64,000 nucleotides of DNA. Source: Squalus acanthias. Its lineage: Eukaryota. This document shows, piece after piece, positions 50,790 through 63,724 of the stretch. The translations under genes and the position numbers were made by a program. How positions within the stretch are numbered: position 1 is the stretch's first letter; every line of letters begins with the position of its first letter. The stretch spans positions 65,164,001 to 65,228,000 of the forward strand of contig CM059438.1 of NCBI GenBank assembly GCA_030390025.1, in the 5' to 3' direction. The notes under the pieces were generated by a model. The model worked only from the letters and a program-made list of their open reading frames with translations. It was not told the DNA's origin and ran no database searches.

Positions 50790-51875
50790 TTTTGCTGCTG
50801 CTGATGGCCCACAGCGCCTCATGGATGCCCAGTTTTGAGCTACTAGATCTGTTCTGAATCTATCCCATTTAGCACAGTGGTAGTGCCATTGGAGAGTGTC
50901 CTCATTGTGAAGACAGGATTTTGTCTCCACAAGGACTGTGTGGTGGTCACTGCTACCAATGCTGTCATGGACAGATGTATCTGCAACTGGTAGATTGGTG
51001 AGGACAAGGTCAAGTAGGTTTTTCCCTCATGTTGGTTCTCTCACCACCTGCCACAGTCCTAGTCTGGCAGCTATGTGTTCAGGACTCGGCCAGCTCGGTC
51101 AGTAGTGGTGCTACTGAGCCACTCTTGGTGATGGACATTGAAGATCCCCACCCAGGGTACCTTCCGTGCCCTTGCTAAACCTCAGTGCTTCTTCCAAGTG
51201 GTGTTCAACATGGAAGAATACTGATTCATCAGCTGAGGGAGTCCGGTAGGCGGTAATCAGCAGGAGGTTTCCATGCCCATGCTTGACCTGAAGCCATGAG
51301 ACTTCATGGAGGCCATTGTCAATGTTGAGGACTCCCAGGGCCACTCTTTCCTGACTGTATACCACTGTGCCACCACCTCTGGTGGGTCTGTCAGTGGGAC
51401 AGGACATACCCAGGGATGGTGATGGAGGGAACTGGGACATTGGCTGAGAGGTATGATTCCGTGATGTTAGCGAGGAGGGCTTTGCAGGGTCAACTGGGTT
51501 GGGTGTGCTGTTGTCGTGTCCGAAGCCGGTGCCGGGTAGTCCATCCGGTTTTATTCTTATTATTCTTTTTCGTAGCGGTTGTGTACAACTAAGTACATTG
51601 CTGTGGGTCCGGAGTACCATATAGGCCAGACCAGGTAAGGACGGTAGATTTCCTTCTCTAAAGGACATTAGTAAACCAGATGTTTTTTTATGACAATCCG
51701 ATCATTTCATCGTTACTATTACTGATACTAGCTTTTTTTTTGTTCCAGATTAATTTAATTAACTGAATTTAAATTCCACTGCTGCCGTGGTGGGATTTGA
51801 ACTCACGTCTACTGGATCATTGGTTGAGTCCAATAGATTATTAGTCCAGTAACATAACCATGCTACTGTTCCCGC
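50790..51875 (-). mobile_element. tRNA-headed LINE, 5' portion (head plus APE)
   Basis: Perfect B box GTTCAAATCCC (51792-51802), then DRPTRGGGTVVY...LLITAYRTPS...HVEHHLEEAL; colinear with 34928-36010. Confidence 0.78.
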
Positions 51876-52412
51876 TTTGGGTGGTGAATTAACACTTTGA
51901 ATTTCCAAGGCCACTAAACAAATTTTATATCTGCTAGTTAATGTTAATTCAAAAATGCTAGATTTCACATTATAAAAAATATTGGCCCAGATCTTGCGGT
52001 CAGCGGCAAACAAACAGCGCTCACCGTTCATTACCCTTATAGCTGCCCACAGACTTTTAGTGGGCTTTTGTGCAGCAACTTACGGTAATTAGAGAGCCAT
52101 TTCAGCCCGGCACCCTCGACAGGGTATCTGGGACCTATATGAACAGGGCAAGGAACAGCTTCAAACAATCAGATTGAAAAATCCTTACTCTGACACGCAG
52201 GGGGGAGTTTTAACCTGGAGGAGTGCGTAGGTTTGGGTGGGGGTGGGGGTTAAAAACCAGGGAAAATGACAGCGTGTCGGGAAGCTGGCTCCAACCCGCC
52301 TACTTCCGCATTTCACTCGAGCGTATTCGAAGAGGCAGGTTGCCAATTAACATATGTTAATTGCTCAATTAGAACGATATTTACACAGACTTTTAAGTTT
52401 AATGTTGGGTCC

Positions 52413-55291
52413 ATGCAAGGAGCATTCAGAACAAGGTGGATGAATTAGCTGCGCAAATAGAGGTAAATGAATACGATTTGATTGGGATTATAGAAACATG
52501 GCTCCAGGGTGGCCAAGGCTGGGAACTCAACATCCAGGGGTATTCAATATTTAGGAAAGATAGGCAAAAAAGAAAGGGAGGTGGGGTAGCATTGCTGGTT
52601 AAAGAGGGGATTAACACAATTGAAAGGAAGGATAGTAACTCTGATGATGCGGAATCTGTATGGGTAGAACTGAGAAATAACAAGGGGCAGAAAACGTTAG
52701 TGGGAGTGGTTTATAGACCTCCAAACAGTAATACGGAGGTTGGGGACGGCATTAAAAGGGAAATTAGAGAAGCATGCAGTAAGGGCACAGCAGTCATCAT
52801 GGGTGACTTTAATTTACATATAGATTGGGCTAACCAAATTAGTAAAAATACTGTGGAGGAGGAATTCCTAGAATGTTTACGGGATGGTTTTCTGGAACAA
52901 TATGTCGAGGAACCAACCAGAGATCAGGCCATCTTAGACTGGGTATTATGTAACGAGAAAGGATTAATTAGTAATCTTGTTGTACGAGGCACCTTGGGTC
53001 AGAGTGATCATAATATGATAGAATTCTTCATTAGGATGGAGAGTGAAGTAGTTGAATCAGAGACTAGGGTCCTGAATTTAAATAAAGGAAACTACGATGG
53101 TATGAGGCGCGAATTGGGTAGGATTAATTGGGGAATGTCACTCAAAGGGTTGACGGTGGATAGGCAATGGCAAACATTCAAAGACTGCATGGATGAACTA
53201 CAGAATTTGTTCATCCCAGTGTGGCATAAGAATAAAACAAAAAGGGTGACTCAACCATGGCTAACAAGGGAAATTAGGGATAGCATAAGATCCAAGGAGA
53301 GGGCATATAGATTGGCCAGAAAAAGCGGTAACCCTGAGGATTGGAAGCAGTTTAGGATTCAACAGAGGACAAAGGGATTAATTAAGAAGGGGAAAATAGA
53401 ATATGAAAGTAAGCTTAAAGGGAACATAAAAACTGACTGTAAGAGCTTTTATAGATAAGTGAAGAGAAAAAGATTAGTGAAATCAAGTGTAGGTCCCTTG
53501 CAGTCAGAAGCGGGGGAAGTTATAATGGGGAACAAAGAAATGGAGACCAATTAAAGGCATATTTTGGTTCTGTCTTCACAAAGGAGGACACAAATAACCT
53601 CCCAGAGATGTTGGAGAACATAGGGTCTGATGAAAGGGAGGAACTGAAAGAAATCAGTATTTGCAGGGAAATGGTGTTAGGGAAATTGACGGGATTGAAG
53701 GCCGATAAATCCCCAGGGCCTGATAATCTACATCCGAGGGTACTTAAGGAAGTGGCCCTGGAAATAATAGATGCATTGCTGGTCATCTTCCAACATTCGA
53801 TGGAATCTGGAACTGTACCCATGGATTGGAGGGTAGCTAATGTTACCCCACTATTCAAAAAGGGTGGTAGAGAGAAAGCAGGGAATTACAGACCGGTAAG
53901 CCTGACATCGGTAGTGGGAAAATGCTAGAGTACATTATAAAGGATGTAATAGCTGAGCACTTGAAAAACAGTGACAGGATCGGACAAAGTCAACATGGAT
54001 TTACAAAAGGTAAATCGTGCTTGACTAATCTACTGGAATTTTTTGAGGATGTAACTGGGAAAATAGATAAGTGAGAACCAGTAGATGTGGTGTATTTGGA
54101 CTTTCAAAAGGCTTTCGATAAGGTCTCGCATAAGAGATTAGCGTGTAAAGTTAAGGCACATGGGATTGGGGGCAAAGTATTGACTTGGATAGAGAACTGG
54201 TTGGCGGACAGAAAGCAAAGAGTAGGAATTAATGGGCCTTTTTCCGAGTGGCAAGCAGTGACTAGTGGGGTACCGCAGGGATCGGTCCTTGGACCCCAGC
54301 TATTCACAATATACATTAATGATATAGATAAGGGAACTAAATGTAATATCTCCAAGTTTGCAGATGACACAAAGCTGGGTGGGCGTGTGTGCTGCGAGGA
54401 GGATACCGAGAAACTCCAGGATGACTTGGACAGGTTGGGTGAGTGGGCAGAAGCGTGGCAGATGCAATATAATGTGGATAAATGCGAGGTTATCCACTTT
54501 GGTGGCAAAAACAGAAAGGCAGACTATTATCTGAATGGCAATAGATTGGGAGAAAGGGAAGTGCAACGAGACCTGGGTGTCCTTGTGCACCAGTCGCTGA
54601 AGGTAAGCATGCAGGTGCAGCAGGCGGTGAAGAAGGTAAATTGTATGTTGGCCTTCATAGCGAAAGGGTTTGAGTATAGGAACAGGGATTTCCTGCTGCA
54701 GTTGTACAGGGCCTTGGTGAGACCACACCATGAGTACTGTGTGCAGTTTTGGTCGCCTTATCTGAGGAAGGAAGTTCTTGACATGGAAGGAGTTCAGCAA
54801 AGATTCACAAGGCTGATACCTGGGATGGCAGGAATGACATATGAGGAGAGATTGGGTCGATTGGGCTTATACTCGCTGGAGCATAGAAGAATGAGAGGGG
54901 ATCTCATCGAAACATATAAAATTCTGACAGGTCTGGCCAAACTAGATGCAGGAAGGATGTTCCCGATGGTCGGAGAGTCCAGAACCAGGGGTCATAATCT
55001 AATGATAAGGGGTAAGCCATTTAGGACAGAAATGAGGAAGAATTTCTTCACCCAGAGAGTGGTGAACCTGTGGAATTCTCTACCACAGAAGGTAGTTGAG
55101 GCCAAGTCATTAAATATATTCAAGAATGAGTTAGATATATTTCTTAAAGCTAAAGGTATCAAGGGATATGGGGAGAAGGCAGGTACAGGGTACTGAGTTT
55201 GGATGATCAGCCATGATCTCATCGAATGGCAGAGCAGGCTCGTGGGGCCGAATGGCCTACTCCTGCTCCTATCTTCTATGTTTCTATGTTT
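52413..55291 (+). mobile_element. CR1 LINE, near-complete ORF2 (APE plus RT), pseudogenised
   Basis: ETWL, VYRPP, MGDFN, SDHN (APE); YLDFQKAFDKV, GVPQGSVLGP, FADDTKL (RT); premature stop at 53456-53458, frameshifts near 53545 and 53920, stop near 54072; (TTTCTATG)n tail. Confidence 0.95.
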
Positions 55292-55502
55292 CCACGGGTT
55301 CCCCAGGTTTCCTGAAACTCGCCAGTGAAAGCAAGGCGAGAGCACAGCGGCAATTGAGGGAGGTCAATCCATCTCATGGGAAGAGATATCTACTCAGTAG
55401 TGGTTCGCAAGCGCCCCGGGGATCACATGGGCCGGCCCAACGAATGACAGAAGAGAATCCCCATTCATGCTTATGGGAATTCCGTATGTACGGAAAGCCC
55501 AT

Positions 55503-56270
55503 GGGCTAGAAATTCTGTTGCGTCCCTTTTGGGGCGATATCTTTTGAAATCTCGGGAAAGTATCGCCAGGCGATAATCATTTTCTGATCCCGGGAAATTG
55601 AGCTTTAGCGCTCCAAGAGGGAAGTGGAGCGTTAAATCAAGCACTAACCACTTCTCTTAGGGCGCTAAAGTGCGAGAGCGGTGCAGTAGTGGTAGAGCGC
55701 TGAACAATGTGGAGTGCAAAGATTGCATCAGAGGCTGCTTCCCTCGCTTAAAGGGAAGGGCCAATGATAGTGCACAACATACTTCTGCTCAGTTCTGTGT
55801 TGCCAGGCGACCTGCGCGACTGCCATTACAGCCCCAAACACCCTCTGAGAGTGGAGGGCTCGGACATCTCACAGCAGTGAAGCATCGAAAACTTTCAGCA
55901 GGCACCAGACTGGTGCAAACACTAAAGATTGGCCTCCCTGAACACCCACTGCCTTTATTTTGCGCTCCCCAAGCAGCCGTCCAAGGTGACAACGCCTCCT
56001 CTTCCTGCCGTTGCTGATGCCCGTCGATACAGCACGGGGCAGGAGGCAATTTCACATCCGGGGCGGTAACGGGGCGCTGCGCACTTTATGACGTCATGAT
56101 CTGCGAGTCGCTAGAGGGCGAGGCGGTAAGTGTTAGCGCCAGCGCTAAACCGGCAGAAAAGTTCACGGACATCGCTGAATTCGCCGCACCCGGTCGCTAA
56201 CCCCTTAGTGCCTCGTTACTGCCCCCCCCAGGCGCTAACAGGAGGCGCAAAGCAGCTGAATTTCTCCCCC
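55503..56270. mobile_element. GC-rich MITE inserted in a palindrome
   Basis: TIR GGGCTAGAAATTC / GAATTTCTCCCCC; flanks cat/aat; homologous to 37356-37724. Confidence 0.8.
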
Positions 56271-56799
56271 AATAAGTATGAATGGGAATACCCCCAAAAA
56301 TACCTCTACACTTTAAATAAATTAAAAAAATCACATGTTTAAAATTTATGAAGAGGGCATTTAATTAAGTTTTTAAAACAAAAATGTAATTTTTTGAAAA
56401 ATAAATTTACATGTTTTAAAGGGGCTAAAAATAAACTTACCTCATTTCATAGGTTTTTAAATGTATAAATTATTGAAAAATTTTTATTTTTCTGTTTTTT
56501 AAAACTCTTATGCTGGTAAAAGCAGGCCTTATGCCTGCTTTTACCAGGCGTAAGAATTTCACGAGCATTCGCTGGGTAGAAGTTGTAAAATAGCCCAACT
56601 CTCCACCCACAGATGCCCTTTTTCTGGGGATGCGGATAATCTGTCAAGAAAATTCCTAAACCCGGAACTTGCAAGGCCCATACAGACGCGTACATACCTC
56701 GTACGCACTCGTAGGGGCCGCAGATTACGGCCCAATATTTGTGTGACCCAAGTAAAGAACAGAAATGTAATAATGCAACATTTTCTCATACACTCGTGT

Positions 56800-58660
56800 G
56801 AGTACCTTTGTGCAACTATAAAGCCTTACTCTTCCTTTTCCTGCAACTCCTACGTGGTGGAACCCCTGTGGCTTGAGCAGAGGTAGAGGCCGGCTGCTCA
56901 CATCCTTGCTCCTACTGCTGAGATGCTCTTGGCTGACATTGTTGGGACTTTGGAGCCTGTGAGGGCCCCGCCAAAGACTGCTCCACCTGCACCTGTGCAG
57001 GAGCAGACTCGGCCATTGGGAGACGAGGCAGCATGTTGGCTACTGACTGAGAGGTGGGCTGTGGGTGAGAAGTGGAAGCACTTTGAGTGGAGTTTCCACT
57101 TCCATGTCCCCTTTACCATCACCCCTCTCCTGGCCCAGCCATATTTCACTGCTACCACTCTGCTGGAGAGTACTTTGGTGCATGTCAGTGTGGTGCTGTA
57201 CGGCCAAGGCTATGGTGTTTGTCATTCTATTTAAGGTGGCAGACATGTTGGTATCCAGTGTCTGCACGACTGTGGGCAGGGCGTACATAGACTCATTTGA
57301 TTGGAGCATTTGATGTTCCACAGCGCTGGCCATTCTATCCATGGAAGAACACATCATCTCAATGGCCTGAGACATCAACCCACTCATGGTTGAGTTGGAC
57401 TCCTCCATTCTCTATGTAATCATGGTGAGTGGGATTGGAAGGCCTGTCAGTGCATCGCACATTATCTGCTGTTGCTCAATGATTCTCCTTTTCATTGACA
57501 GTCCCCGGGATACAGCATCTGTGTGCAGCTGAGCAGAGCTTGGAGAGGGCTGTGCCCTCCGACGTGGACTGTCCCTGTCACCACCATCTGCGCTTGCTCA
57601 CTTGTGAAGTGTGAGTCACCAGGTGAAAACCCAACTATCTGCCTTACTGGCCCCACCGAAGTGTGAGTATCTGAGCTGGTGCATGGTATGTATGAGTCCT
57701 GTGATGGTGCACCCTCAGAACGATTCAGCTCCTCTGAGGAATCATCGTCCTTGACCTCCAGCAACTTCTGCTGCATGCGTGAAGTTCCTGGCAGAGAGAA
57801 AAGACTTGAATGAGTCCTGGCAAGGTAAGAATGTTGCAAGTTATCGTTATGAAGATGATCATATTTCACTCGATGTTGAAATCAAGTCAACATGACTGAG
57901 TGCCCGTATGACATATGGGTGTCGATACTTACTTTTCTCACCAGGTAATTGGGAGCTCTCTGTCTCCCCATCTCTGATGGCCAGGGACGCCGATGGCCAG
58001 GGACGCCGAAACTCCACTGATCTCCAGCACCTCCTCCTCTGCAGCTCTTAATTGTGAGATGTTTGGAGGTCCCACTCCTGTTCTCTCCCTCTCCCTGGTG
58101 TTCTGTGCTCTCTTCTCCTGCAACAAGGGAAAGAACAGATCTATGAGTGACTGTAATGGCATGCATTCATCCGATGGATGCAGTGCATTTGGTGAGGGTG
58201 ACTATTAGGGAGAGGCATTAAATTGCATAAGAATCAGGGTGCGTGGCAGTGGTGGATGGATAGATGGGGATGTGAGGAAGTGCATAGAAAGAGAAGGATG
58301 GGTGCACCTGCAAGGTAAGTGGGTGTGAGAAGTGATGTGATGGAATAGGCTTGAGAAGCCAGAGTGAGGGGGTAGGGTGATCTGCACAGCAGGATTTAGG
58401 TGAATCTATTGTATTCACGTTTCTTGACCTGGTGAGGTCATTAAACCGTGTCCTGCACTGCATCCAGGAGCATGGCACAATGCTCCTGCTGCTCACCTCC
58501 TGGGCAACCTCCGCCACGCCTTCTTGGTTTCTGCCACAGGTTTCCTCTTCCCATTGTTGGGGAATAGTAAGTTCCGCCAGCTCCTCACAGCTTCCAGCAG
58601 CACATCAAGGGAGGCATCAGTGAGCAGGGGCCCAGCCTTGGAATGGCTCGACTCCGTTCT
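56800..58660 (-). pseudogene. Three-exon Myb/SANT-like (Harbinger ORF1-type) pseudogene
   Basis: Exon 1 ends 58419 (TDASLDVLLEAVR...LFP...EVAQEVSSRSIVPCSWMQCRTRFNDLTRSRN, GTGAAT donor); exon 2 58117-57942 (EKRAQNTRERERTGVGPP...EEEVLEISG) frameshifted by a 16-bp duplication; exon 3 from 57787, acidic then coiled-coil-like; intron phases 0 and 1 join in frame. Confidence 0.75.
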
Positions 58661-60069
58661 TTAACTTCCTCTTCTGTTGATTCCAACTCCTCCAAATTGC
58701 ATCTTTGGAGTGGCCCTTTAAATACTGGCGTTGAGATCGTGTCATGTGGGTCCTCATCACGCCCATTGCCGCTGATTGGACGGCAAACCCGGAAGTAAAA
58801 TGATAATGAGGCGGCTGAGTTAAAAAGCCACTGACAGACACACTGAACATACTTCCGGGTTTCCCACGCGATATCGGACCCCCTTCTCCCCAGTTAATGT
58901 CTCCCAGTTAATATCGGGCCCGCAGAGCCTAAACCAGGAAGTGTAAGTTAGAATATTTAATTCAATGTAAAATCATGTACAGAAAGCAAAATAAAGAGAG
59001 GGAAAGAAAGATGGGATTAAGAGAGAGAGAGAGAGATAAAAGAGACAGAAAGAAAAAGTAAATAAAAATGTAATTTTTAATTTTTTTAGAATCTCCAACA
59101 ATATTCAAAATCTGGAGGAATGCGACTCCACACTTGTAAAAGTAAATTTTCAATGTCAGAGAGCTTATTTGGCAGTAATTATGACTTATCAAGCTGTTAA
59201 ACACTTGAATGGACAAGTCCTACCTTTTTCTGGCATATTTACTGGGTATCTAGTGGGTAAGCAACTTCACGCCCTGCATGTGTTTTAATGCCAAATCTCT
59301 GGATGAGGTACCGGTGTATCAAAGCTTCTGGAGGAGCAGGGCAACTTTGACAGCAACTTCAAGATTTCTGCGCTTAACTGAGCATGTGTGGACGCCGGAA
59401 GTTGCTGTTCGATTTACTCCTTAATAACGGAGGGCGCTGATAGTCTCACTGTTATTCCTATCACAAAATCCGGGCCATTATAAATGAACAAAATTCCCTT
59501 CAGCCAATATGAATAAAACATAGAATGCTAGAGTGTCATAGCCTCTACTCTGCCCTAACCTCAGAACGGCATCTCATAATGCACCAGTGTGACATTGTTT
59601 TCCATTTCCACACTGACTATCCGGTGTCATCTCTGAGTCAGATTGCCAATTAGGAATGAACTTGGGACAAGCCCACTATTGAGACTGCCAAAACCCATTT
59701 CACTTCAGACCCTGACAGCCAGCAGACATGGAGCAGATTTCATCCCATCAGTCTAGACTAGACTTGTAATCAGGTCCACTGCACCACCCAATTCACTGTT
59801 TAATTTATTTTTAAATGAGTATTCTTTTGGTCATAGGCATGAGGACATCCAGATGATTCTTGATGTGTTTTCTTTGTTGTTCTGGAGTCAATTGCTATTT
59901 CATGTTTTTACACAGCCTACGTTTAATCAAAGGTTGGCCATGGCAGAAGTGCCTACCTTTCTTTTATGGGCCCAGGAACAGGAGTATGTAACTCCTTCAC
60001 AAGGGGACCAGAATTTGCACGTAGAGCTTCATTCGACTTCTCAGCAATCCATTTAGCAACTGGGTAGAC

Positions 60070-60210
60070 AGGATCAAGGGGTATGGCGAGAAAGCAGGAA
60101 TGGGGTACTGAGGTAGCATGTTCAGCCATGAACGCATTGAATGGCGGTGCAGGCTCGAAGGACCGAATGGTCTACTCCTGTACCTATTTTCTATGTTTCT
60201 ATGTTTCTAT
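60070..60210 (+). mobile_element. CR1 3' end fragment
   Basis: ggatcaaggggtatggcgagaaagcagg ... (TTTCTATG)n tail. Confidence 0.8.
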
Positions 60211-60438
60211 GAGTCCACTTATGCTGAGGCAGGTACCTCAGAGTATCACTGTAGTAGTGAGGGGATTCAAACCTGACACCTAATAAACCCAGATGTGTAT
60301 TCACTTCCCTTCACATCAGCATATGTATTTGGAAGCTGCTGTGTGAGATGGTCAGAGGAAACAGGCTGAGGACAGACAGGCCTATGTAAGTGAGAAGTCG
60401 CACAACACCAGGTTATAGTCCAACAGCTTTATTTGAAA

Positions 60439-60475
60439 TCACAAGCTTTCGGAGCGCTGCTCCTTCGTCAGGTGA
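60439..60475 (-). ncRNA. Minimal type-I hammerhead ribozyme motif (family A)
   Basis: Reverse complement of 61031-61067. Confidence 0.75.
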
Positions 60476-61030
60476 AGTGAAGAAATACATATGGGCACAG
60501 CATAAATAGTCAGAGAACAATGCCAGATGACTACAGTTAATCTTTCCAACTGCCCTTTATCACACCTCGGCAGAGAGACAATCACAGCAATCAAAGGTGT
60601 GGATGGTGTCCAAACAGGTCAGTCAGGAAAACATTACATCAAAGACGATAGCAAAATACAACATGTAACCCCACCTGACGTAGAGTCATCCAGACTCGAG
60701 TCGTCGTTGGCTTGTTCTCTCTACACAGATGCGGCCGGACCACCTGTGATTTCCAGCAAAAAAAGTAAAAAATCTTTTTGTTTTCCATACAGACCCCAGC
60801 AGCTGCCACATTTGACCCATTGTGACCCCACCTCATTGTCTTTGTTGTATTTTGCTATCGTCTTTGATGTAATGTCTTCCTGTCTGACCTGGTTGGACAC
60901 CATCCACACCTTTGATTGCTGTGATTGTCTCTCTGCCGAGGTGTGATAAAGGGCAGTTAGAAAGATTAACTGTAGTCGTCTGGCATTATTCTCTGAGTTT
61001 ATATGTTGTGCCCATATGTATTTCTTCACT

Positions 61031-61067
61031 TCACCTGACGAAGGAGCAGCGCTCCGAAAGCTTGTGA
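61031..61067 (+). ncRNA. Minimal type-I hammerhead ribozyme motif (family A)
   Basis: CTGACGA at 61035-61041, GAAA at 61056-61059; identical to 8639-8675. Confidence 0.75.
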
Positions 61068-62018
61068 TTTCAAATAAAGCTGTTGGACTATAACCTGGTG
61101 TTGTGCGACTTCTCACTTTTGTCCACCCCAGTCCAACACCGGCATCTCCACATCAGGCCTATGTAATACATAGGAGGGAGAAGGTTCCCAACCTAACAGC
61201 ATTAAATAGTCTCTGATTTGTATGCAAGTGGGTATTACCTGCGCCAGCTGAAAAGCAAAACAGCAGACTCCTTACCCCACTCAGTTCAGCGATATTTATC
61301 TTGAAAAAACGATGATTTAACAGGGATATTTTCATGCTTTCCTGCAGTGTCCACACACAGTATGGCTGCTTAGAGTGAATGAGTGCAAACTCAGGTCAGT
61401 TGGAGAATTTTTAATAATGCAGTTTTCTTCTGGTGTGCATTGGAGCTGTGCACAGCCAGAATGAAGGCTGCTAATGCTCTTGCACATGACAAAAAGGAAA
61501 GATCCACCTTTATTCATCGTCAGTGTCCAAACACGCTGACTTATCAAGCACAGAATCCACTGATATAAAACTCACATTGTGTCCCTACAGCCTTCATTAT
61601 TAGAATTGTTAGTTGAGCACGCCATTGTAGTTTGTAACATTAACACCAGGATTATCAAGCTGCCCCCTGTAGATGATATTGCCAGAAAGAATAGGGTTGC
61701 TCTGTAACTAGCTCAAGGGTTTGACGTTAACATAATTTTGCTTCTTATGTTCTGTCTTTAAGTCGTACTCTCCATTTATGTGCTTGCTGTTCAATCACTC
61801 AGTGCATCTGGCTAAAGGTACTGTTTGCAACAAAGGCTAGGCCCAATTAAGACAACATACCACTGTTGTTTTTAGTTAACAGTTCACCCATGGTTGAACT
61901 TGATAATCAAATAGCACATTATTGGTGGTGGAATGAGAACCCCATTTAATCTGAGTTGATCTCTTCCATGTGCCATTCTATCAACCTGTTTACCGAGCAA
62001 CAGAATTTCATTGCAAGA

Positions 62019-62511
62019 CAACAGCAACAACTTGCATTTATATAGCACCTTTAACATCGTAAAGCATCCCAAGGTGCTTCACAGGAGCGTAATCAGACAA
62101 AATTTGACACTGAGCCACTGGAGATATTAAGACAGGTGACTGAAAGCTTGGTCAAAGAGGTAGGTTTCAAGGAACATCTTAAAGGAGAGGAGAGAGGTAG
62201 AGAGGCGGTGAGGTTTATGGAGGGAATTCCAGAGCTTAGGGCCTAGATGGCTGAAGGCACGGCTGCCAATGCTGGGGCGAAGGAAATCGGGGATGCACAA
62301 GAGGCCAGAATTGGAGGAACACAGAGTTCCCTGAGGATTGTAAAGCTGGAGGAGATTACAGAGATAGGGAGGGGCGAGGCCGTGAAGGGATTTGAACACA
62401 AGAATAAGCATTTTAAATTTGAGGCGTTGCCGGATTGGGAACCAATGTTGTTCAGCGAGCATAGGGCTGATGGATGAACGGAACTTGGTGCGAGTTCGGT
62501 TACGGGCATGC
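62019..62511 (-). mobile_element. L2 LINE 3' end
   Basis: SISPMLAEQHWFPIRQRLKFKMLILVFKSLHGLAPPYL. Confidence 0.9.
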
Positions 62512-63724
62512 AAACACACATTTATCAAATGCCCATTCACAGCCTGTGGCCTGGTAAACCTTAAAAAAAAGCCAGAAGAAAAAATGTTGGATGTACGTGG
62601 AAACAGGAGATTCAGCATAAGCAAATGCATTGTAACCTTTAGACTCCCAACAGATCCTGGGAAATGACAGTCTCCCTGGGCCAGAGAACTTTTGGCAAGT
62701 TTTCAGATTGCACACTGCAATGCTGAGACAAACACTAATATGACTGTAATATTCAAAACCTATTCATTACTGTACTATCACCGTACCCAATTTTATGTAA
62801 AAAATTTTGAAAATAATGCAAGAAACCTTTCAATTTCATGAACCTGTTCACTCTCCTGTTACTTCCTGTTTCTAATTTTTAATCTTTGATTTTTCCTCTA
62901 TTTCCTTATCCAACCCCATGTTGCTTTAAATTAGCAAACATTTTTTTGGCCTGAAAACAATTAAATATAAAATCTTGCACTTTCTTGTTTCATCTTCTTA
63001 CTGCTCATTCCCATTGCCCATTTTGGAGATGCGAGCATAATAAAAAGGGTTTTCATTGGTAGATGCTCATGGGCTTGACCAATAAGTACCTCATCGTTGG
63101 CACCCAAAACCTAACAGCATTTAATAGGGTTGACTTGACCTCAATGCTGAAGTGGTTAAAATGCTTATATTTGCTTGACTTTTCCTGCTCACACTGTCTA
63201 CAGTGTGGAACTATCCTGAATAGAAATATATATATATATATATATAAAACAGGAATACAGAAACCGAAAACATAAATGCCGACTTTTTAAAATTGGTAAT
63301 CTGCTGTTTCCTCCAGACTCATTCAAAGTTAAAAGGTGAGGTGCATTTTCAGAGACAAAGCAAAATAAGAATTGTTAAAATTACGTCACCCATTTCAGCC
63401 GCTAACTGAAAAGAAAATGTCCTGTTGTTAAAATAAACCACTGTGTTGTAGATGGGTCTCAGTTTTATTAGTTTAAATCAACTGTGGACAGCTAGCACAT
63501 TTCTACTGAATCCCTGACTATCCATTGCTAATATGTAATGAACTGTTTAGTCAGTGCTAACCCCCTGTTGAAAAATAAATGTTTACATTTTGAAGTGTCT
63601 GTCACTATGTGCCTTGAGGGCCTAATATCACAATTAACTTTGACTGCTGTCATGTTGTCAGATTCCACACTCAACCTGGCCAGCTGTGAAAAAAGGTGGA
63701 CAATGCGGGTGGGGGGTTGGTGAG

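Larger units (their letters stand above)
51984..59476. mobile_element. Outer non-autonomous DNA transposon (51984-52199 and 58922-59476) hosting a ~6.7-kb nest
   Basis: Left GGCCCAGATCTTG...cagcgctcaccgttcatta versus right reverse complement GGCCCGGATTTTG...cagcgccctccgttatta; TSD ATT at 51981-51983 and 59477-59479. Confidence 0.7.
60390..61153. mobile_element. Penelope-like element (family A), long inverted pLTR pair with spacer and tail
   Basis: Arms 60390-60663 / 60843-61116, tail 61117-61153, 13-bp TSD caggcctatgtaa (60377-60389, 61154-61166). Confidence 0.88.

Noticed and set aside
52436..55196. Active retrotransposon or host RT gene
   Set aside because: Premature stops and frameshifts split ORF2, and the 5' end including ORF1 is missing.
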